64,000 bases of DNA. Origin: an uncultured Gammaproteobacteria bacterium (GTDB taxonomy: Bacteria > Patescibacteriota > Patescibacteriia > UBA9934). Numbering within the stretch: the stretch's first letter is position 1; each line of letters begins with the position of its first letter. Positions 58,795 through 64,000 of this stretch are shown piece by piece. The translations under genes were made by a program, and so were the position numbers. The stretch lies in assembly GCA_964355955.1 (NCBI GenBank), contig CAYHFQ010000001.1:39419-103418 (forward strand), given 5' to 3'. The notes beneath the pieces were generated by a model. The model was not told the origin of the DNA and made no database searches. It saw only the letters and a list, made by a program, of their open reading frames with translations.

Positions 58795-60084
58795 ATGTCA
58801 TACGTTGTTGAACAGCTCCCCGAGAACAAGGCCAAGATCACCGTGACCATCCCAGCAGAAGAGGTAACCGAGGCTTGTCATGTAGCTGCCGAACACATGG
58901 CGGAAGATGTAACCATTCCTGGTTACCGCCCGGGCAAGGCACCTTATGAGGCGATTAAGCAAAAAATTGGTGAAATGGCCATTTTGGAGCACGCCACCGA
59001 AGATTTGGTGCGTCAGACCTTTGTCGCCGCCATGGTCGAAGCTGACTTGGATGTGGTCGGCCAGCCGTTCTTTGCCATGGAGAAGTTGGCTCCAGATAAC
59101 GACTTTATTTACACGGCGGAGATCGCTTTGATGCCGCAGATTACTAAGTTGGCTGATTGGACTAAGTTGTCCGTCGAAAAGAAAGAGACCGAGCCAACTA
59201 AGGAGTTGCTCGAACAGGCCAAGGCCGACATTGTGCGCATGCAGACCAAAGAGGTGAAGGCCGAAGCTGGTCGCGCGCTGACCATGGGCGATAAGGCGAT
59301 TGTGAACCTGACCATGAAGAAGGACGGAGTGGTGCTAGAAGGTGGCGAGAGCAAGAACCATGGTGTATTCACGAATGAGAGCTATTACGTGCCTGGTTTT
59401 GTCGACGAGATTTTGGGCTTGAAAGAAGGTGAGGAAAAGACTTTCACTTTGAACTTCCCAGCCGAGCACTACCAGAAGCACTTGGCCGGTCAGCCGGTTG
59501 ATTTCACCATTAAGTTGAATGAGATCTTCTTACTCCAGCCACCAATGTTTGATGATGCGTTTGCCGTCACCGTTGGTTTGACCAGTGCTAGTGAGATGGA
59601 AGAAAAGCTCATGGAAAACTTGCGCGCCGAGAACAAGATTGAAGAGGCACGACGCTTGGATAAGGCGGTGCTCGACCTCGTGGCCGACAAGTCGACGTTC
59701 GATATTATTCCAGATTTGCTGGTCAACCAAGAAATTGAAAAGATGACGCACGAATTGGAGCACCAGGTAACCAGCCAGGGCATGGACTTCACCCAATACT
59801 TGGCCTCGATCAACAAGTCGTTGACCGACCTCAAGATTGATTTCACCCCAGCCGCCTTGCAACGAATTAAGGTAGGAATTATTTTGAAGAAGATTTCTGC
59901 CGAGGAGAAAGTAACAGTCGACCAAACGGTGCTCGACGCTGAGCTCGACAAAGTTGCTGAGCAGTACAAGGACGACGCTGAGGCTGCTAAACAGATTTAT
60001 GAGCCACAGTACCGGGATTATATTGAGAGGCAGATGGTGAACCGGAAGACCATCGACCTTTTGAAAGAGAAGATGGTGAGGTAA
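58795..60084 (+). CDS. tig: Trigger factor
   Basis: IPGYRPGKAP, VPGF...ILG.K.GE, FP..HY...LAG. Confidence 0.96.
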   Translation: MSYVVEQLPENKAKITVTIPAEEVTEACHVAAEHMAEDVTIPGYRPGKAPYEAIKQKIGEMAILEHATEDLVRQTFVAAMVEADLDVVGQPFFAMEKLAPDNDFIYTAEIALMPQITKLADWTKLSVEKKETEPTKELLEQAKADIVRMQTKEVKAEAGRALTMGDKAIVNLTMKKDGVVLEGGESKNHGVFTNESYYVPGFVDEILGLKEGEEKTFTLNFPAEHYQKHLAGQPVDFTIKLNEIFLLQPPMFDDAFAVTVGLTSASEMEEKLMENLRAENKIEEARRLDKAVLDLVADKSTFDIIPDLLVNQEIEKMTHELEHQVTSQGMDFTQYLASINKSLTDLKIDFTPAALQRIKVGIILKKISAEEKVTVDQTVLDAELDKVAEQYKDDAEAAKQIYEPQYRDYIERQMVNRKTIDLLKEKMVR

Positions 60085-60150
60085 GTGATGAGAAAATAAA
60101 ACACCTCCTGGAGCTGCGCAAAGCTCCGGGAGATGTTTTATTTTGTCCGA

Positions 60151-60283
60151 ATCCAAAGCGTCGATCAGCCACGGCTTGGAAAGGGGCGCGAGGGGAGTGC
60201 GGTGCAGCACCCTATTCTCACGCGAGGTTTGTTTATTAATGGGCTCGAGGGGAGTGGTACGGACCACTCGACCCTCACGCAGA
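60151..60283 (-). repeat. Trailer hairpin repeat (two copies) downstream of an orphan gene
   Basis: GCGCGAGGGGAGTG..CAC.. and GCTCGAGGGGAGTGG..CCACTCGACCCTCACGCAGA; similar to 60682-60756. Confidence 0.75.
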
Positions 60284-60307
60284 CTGCTAATCAGTGGTAT
60301 GCCAGTA

Positions 60308-60640
60308 CTACGTCCTCGGCTTCACGTCGAAACGTAAGTTCCAGGAATCCATGTTTTGAACGAAATCAATTTTCAGGCGTTCGGCCAGTCGATCTCGCGA
60401 TGCAAGAACGTTAGGCCAATGCTCATAGGTGATCGGCAAGTACACAATGTGCTGCACATAACCGCGTTGATTATGTACCGCGCAGATGTCACTACCTCCA
60501 CACGTCCTGAAAACGACCTCGTATGAGTAGTGTTCGTCACCCCGGTTACCACGATAGAAGAACAGGAGGTAGTCACCGGTGGTAAGCTGATGATGACGAA
60601 TGCCGTTCTTGGTGAAATGAGTAATGGAGTCAAACAACAT
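60308..60640 (-). CDS. Hypothetical protein (SD-led orphan)
   Basis: GGAG RBS; leader shared with the upstream gene. Confidence 0.7.
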   Translation of the reverse strand: MLFDSITHFTKNGIRHHQLTTGDYLLFFYRGNRGDEHYSYEVVFRTCGGSDICAVHNQRGYVQHIVYLPITYEHWPNVLASRDRLAERLKIDFVQNMDSWNLRFDVKPRT

Positions 60641-60681
60641 GTTATCTCCGTGCCGAAGTGATCGGCGTGTGGGTTTACCGG

Positions 60682-60756
60682 ATCTGAAGCATCGAGAATT
60701 CGATACCTCGGAAGGGGGCGCGAAGGGAGTGGAGTGAACACTCGACCCTCGCGCAG
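60682..60756 (-). repeat. Trailer hairpin repeat, third copy
   Basis: GCGCGAAGGGAGTG..CACTCGACCCTCGCGCAGA. Confidence 0.75.
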
Positions 60757-60769
60757 AGATCCGCAGTTT

Positions 60770-61195
60770 TTAGCTTGTGAAAGCCACAACTGCAAATGAG
60801 ACGCTGCCGCCAGCTTCGTTGACCCATCCGAACTGCCACCCCGTGCCGTTTTCTCCACGGCTCAAGCACTTGAAGTAACATTCGTCGCGCTCGGAGATAA
60901 ACCTCGTCTCCGTGGCCACGACATACCAGCAGTGCAGGGGTACTCGATCCAGAATGGACCGGTTTCGCTCGAGGAACACCAGCACATTGATGTTCACAGG
61001 ATTGAGGTTGGCTTGCCGAGTCTTGCAGGACAGGTTGACGCCGTCGCTCTTCATCGTCTGGAAAAAGACGATTTTGCTCGGGTCTACCTGGCCACATGGC
61101 GCGTGATCTACCTGCTTATGGTGCAACCAGGGGTGGGGGTTGACCAGGGTCAGGGCAGCGTCGCCGTCGATCATGAGGTTGGGATTGATGGACAT
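60770..61195 (-). CDS. Hypothetical protein, paralogue of 47581-48108
   Basis: GGAG RBS; IDGD, HAPCGQV, NINVLVFLERN. Confidence 0.75.
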   Translation of the reverse strand: MSINPNLMIDGDAALTLVNPHPWLHHKQVDHAPCGQVDPSKIVFFQTMKSDGVNLSCKTRQANLNPVNINVLVFLERNRSILDRVPLHCWYVVATETRFISERDECYFKCLSRGENGTGWQFGWVNEAGGSVSFAVVAFTS

Positions 61196-61385
61196 GTTAG
61201 ACTCCGTGCCGAAGATGTCGGCGATGGGTGGTGGTGCCGAGTGTGAGCAGAAGCGCTCCAACTCGACTGAGTACTATACCATATTTTAGTGTTATTTTCA
61301 ATAACTGTATGCCGAGGATTACTGTGTATAAGTCCTATTTACAGCCTTACAGTTGAGTTATATACTGTTACTATATATAACAACT

Positions 61386-62126
61386 ATGGCTATTGCTTAT
61401 ACCGAGACGCTCAGAAATGTGGGGCTCAGTCAGACTGAGGCGGATTTATATGTGGCTTGTACGGCGTTGGGAGAGGCGCCGGCGAGTGTGATTGCCAGAA
61501 AAACGGGGATGAATAGGTCCACTACCTATGTTGGGTTGAAAGCGATGGAGAAAAAGGGGCTAGTTGGGTCCACCGAGACCAATGGCACACAGTTGTTTTA
61601 TGCCAAGGAACCGGATTTGTTATTGAAACAGGCGGAGCGAAGTGTGGAGGATTTACGGAAGACGTTGCCGGATTTGCGGGCGTTGTCGGGCCGGGTGTCG
61701 TCCAAGCAACCGAGAGTGCAGTATTACCCGGGGATTGAGGGGGTGAAGACGGTGCTGGAGGATACGCTGACGGCGAAGGAGACTATTTTGACGTTTGGCG
61801 ATGCAGATTTGGTGGTGGCGAACCTGAAGGATTATTACAGCGACTATATTGCTAGGCGGACGGCGGCGGGGATTAGGACGCAGGCGGTGCTGAATGAGGG
61901 CAATGTGGGTAAGAAGTTTTTTGCGGCGAGTCGGGAAGAGCTGCGTGAGGTGCGGTTGGTACCGAAGACGTATGCGATGCCGAATGAGATCAAGATTTAC
62001 GACGGCAAGGTGGCGATCATGTCGCATAAGTCGCCGTATGGTGGGATTTTGATTCACGACCAGGCGATGTACGAGACGCAACGGTCGATTTTTGCGATGG
62101 CGTGGGAGTTTGCGAAGGGGGAGTAA
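61386..62126 (+). CDS. TrmB-family transcriptional regulator
   Basis: LRNVGLSQTEADLY...LGE..AS.IARKTGMNRST.Y; PRVQYYPGIEG; IYDGKVA. Confidence 0.9.
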   Translation: MAIAYTETLRNVGLSQTEADLYVACTALGEAPASVIARKTGMNRSTTYVGLKAMEKKGLVGSTETNGTQLFYAKEPDLLLKQAERSVEDLRKTLPDLRALSGRVSSKQPRVQYYPGIEGVKTVLEDTLTAKETILTFGDADLVVANLKDYYSDYIARRTAAGIRTQAVLNEGNVGKKFFAASREELREVRLVPKTYAMPNEIKIYDGKVAIMSHKSPYGGILIHDQAMYETQRSIFAMAWEFAKGE

Positions 62127-62199
62127 AGGGTGTGGTAAAATGCGTATAGTAATCTTGATATCGTAAATTGTGATATCAAGTTCGGAATGATTTAGTTTT

Positions 62200-62712
62200 A
62201 TGCCTTCAACAGTGCCAATAGAAATAATTGAGAATAAAATTTACGTTTTTCGCGGCCAAAAAGTAATGCTTGACCGTGACTTAGCGAAACTTTACGGAGT
62301 TCAAACAAAACGCTTTAATGAAGCTGTTCGAAGAAATATTCGCCGTTTCCCTGAGGATTTTTCTTTTAGACTGACGAAAGATGAGTTTACGAGTTTGAGG
62401 TCGCAAATTGCGACCTCAAACCGTGGAGGCCAACGCTATGAGCCTTTTGTCTTCACAGAACAGGGTATTGCCATGCTCTCTAGCGTCTTGAATAGTGAAA
62501 AGGCAATTGCAATAAATATCCAAATTATTCGTGCATTCATTTATTTACGTGACATGGCGATTGAAAATTCTGATCTCCGTTTGCGTCTGGAATACATAGA
62601 GAAGAATTATGATCAACAGTTTAGGATTATTTTTAATGCTTTACAGAATCCACAACAGAATGACCTGATCGAAGATGATCGAGAACCGATGGGCTTTAAA
62701 GATAACTCTTAA
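62200..62712 (+). CDS. ORF6N/KilA-N-like DNA-binding protein
   Basis: RGQKVMLDRDLAKLYGV, RFPEDF, FTEQGIAMLSSVLNS. Confidence 0.92.
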   Translation: MPSTVPIEIIENKIYVFRGQKVMLDRDLAKLYGVQTKRFNEAVRRNIRRFPEDFSFRLTKDEFTSLRSQIATSNRGGQRYEPFVFTEQGIAMLSSVLNSEKAIAINIQIIRAFIYLRDMAIENSDLRLRLEYIEKNYDQQFRIIFNALQNPQQNDLIEDDREPMGFKDNS

Positions 62713-62721
62713 ACATATTTT

Positions 62722-63573
62722 ATGCGCTTTGGGGCTCATGTTAGTGCGGCTGGAGGGTTGTGGAAGGCGGGGGATAGGGGCGCTGCTTTAGGCTGCGAGG
62801 TGATACAGATATTTTCGAGATCACCGCAGGCGTTTGCGGCCAAGGCGATTACGGAGGAGGAGGCCGAAATGTTTAAGGCGGCCATGAAAGAGAATGGGAT
62901 TAAGGACGTGTATATTCACGCGCCGTATATTGTGAATTTAGCGAGTGCGAAGAATACGACCAGGTTTGGGAGTGTGAAGATTTTAAGGGAAGAGCTCGAA
63001 CGGGGGACGCAGCTCGGGGCGAAGGCGATCATGTTTCATCCGGGGAGTGCGAAGGAGGTTGGTGAGGAGGAGGGGAGAGAGTTGGTGATTAAGGGACTCG
63101 ACCGAATTATGGACGGGTACACTGGGAGTTGTCAGTTGCTGATCGAAATTAGTGCTGGGGCTGGGGCGGTGATGGGTGATTCGTTCGAAGAAATTGCGGC
63201 GTTTATTGCTGGTGCTAAACGGGGTAAGGAGATTGGCGTGTGTTTTGATACGCAGCATGCCTTTGCCAGCGGGTACGACCTGAGGACCAAGGCTGACGTC
63301 GACAAAACTTTTGCTGATTTTGATAGGATTATTGGGCTCGATAAATTAGTGGCGAGTCATTGTAATGACAGTAAGGTGGAGTTTGAAGCACATAAAGATC
63401 GGCACCAGCATTTAGGGCATGGTTTTATCGGGGCAGATGCGTTTAAGTATTTAGTGGGGCACCCGAAGTTGAAGCATATCGATTTGATTCTCGAGACGCC
63501 GTTTGATGATGAGGAAGAACCAGGAAATAGGGAGGAGGATATGGCGTTGTTGAAGAAATTTAGGGGCGTATGA
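62722..63573 (+). CDS. nfo: Endonuclease IV
   Basis: GAHVS.AGG, HAPY.VNLAS, FHPGS, CFDTQH, HCNDSK, DRH, ILETP. Confidence 0.97.
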   Translation: MRFGAHVSAAGGLWKAGDRGAALGCEVIQIFSRSPQAFAAKAITEEEAEMFKAAMKENGIKDVYIHAPYIVNLASAKNTTRFGSVKILREELERGTQLGAKAIMFHPGSAKEVGEEEGRELVIKGLDRIMDGYTGSCQLLIEISAGAGAVMGDSFEEIAAFIAGAKRGKEIGVCFDTQHAFASGYDLRTKADVDKTFADFDRIIGLDKLVASHCNDSKVEFEAHKDRHQHLGHGFIGADAFKYLVGHPKLKHIDLILETPFDDEEEPGNREEDMALLKKFRGV

Positions 63574-63821
63574 TCCTAACCGTGCATGTAAAACCGAATG
63601 CCAAGGAGACAAAAGTCACGGGGTGGCTCGATTCGGGTACGGTGGTAGTGGCAGTTCATGCGCCGGCGACGGAGGGAAAGGCTAATGAGGAACTGGTGGC
63701 GTTTGTGGCGAAGAGTCTCAAAATGGCGAAGATGTTTGTAGTCTTAAAAAGGGGACACGCGAGTAAGGTAAAACATTTGGAGTTGCCAGATGGGACGTCG
63801 CTCAAAAATTTGGGGCAGTAG
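63570..63821 (+). CDS. DUF167/YggU family protein
   Basis: VKPNAK, APATEGKANEEL, GH.SK.K. Confidence 0.92.
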   Translation: MILTVHVKPNAKETKVTGWLDSGTVVVAVHAPATEGKANEELVAFVAKSLKMAKMFVVLKRGHASKVKHLELPDGTSLKNLGQ

Positions 63822-64000
63822 TTAAGGCAAATCGACGCCACCTTTAGTTAAGGGGTGACAACGGAGGATGCGCCAAGAGCCTTTGAGAATGCCCTTAACG
63901 AGGCCGTCGTGCATGATAGAGAGGCGACAGTATTCGGAACAGGAGGGATAGAAGGGGCAGAAACCGTAAGGGTAGAGGCCTTTCATGGGCCCGTGATCAA
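63822..64000 (-). CDS. yidD: Membrane protein insertion efficiency factor YidD, 5' end beyond window
   Basis: Manual translation: CPFYPSCSEY...GSWRILRCHPLTKGGVDLP-stop. Confidence 0.92.
   Translation of the reverse strand, partial: DHGPMKGLYPYGFCPFYPSCSEYCRLSIMHDGLVKGILKGSWRILRCHPLTKGGVDLP

Noticed and set aside
62200-62712. Prophage
   Set aside because: Solitary ORF6N gene with no structural, terminase or integrase genes nearby

Overview
Chromosomal window of a Patescibacteria/CPR-like bacterium (Parcubacteria-type gene content, possibly Uhrbacteria-like; the lineage is inferred). It uses genetic code 11, with TGA as a stop. The housekeeping backbone is efp-epmA, rpsF-ssb-rpsR, ychF, rmuC, maf, rpsT, holA, polA, ndh, a Xer recombinase, rpsO-pnp, a DksA-like gene, lspA, comM, tig, nfo, yidD and four tRNAs. 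It is interrupted by a low-GC PvuII-type restriction-modification module with C protein and C-box, a five-gene surface-protein cluster, and an ~8.5 kb island after tRNA-His bounded by near-identical hairpins (TrmB regulators, radical SAM, kinase, dehydrogenase, methyltransferase fusion). Most striking: about 13 dispersed genes, mostly orphans and often GC3-rich, carry a Shine-Dalgarno-like leader (mostly GGAG) while the housekeeping genes I checked have none, so two translation-initiation regimes coexist. Other unexplained structure: a ~400-nt candidate structured RNA behind DnaA boxes, a ~110-nt hairpin family upstream of both tRNA-Arg genes, a palindrome inserted in frame in two proteins, and cassette-like repeats around orphan genes. 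No CRISPR, rRNA, transposase or reverse transcriptase was seen. All family calls come from motif recognition, not database searches.
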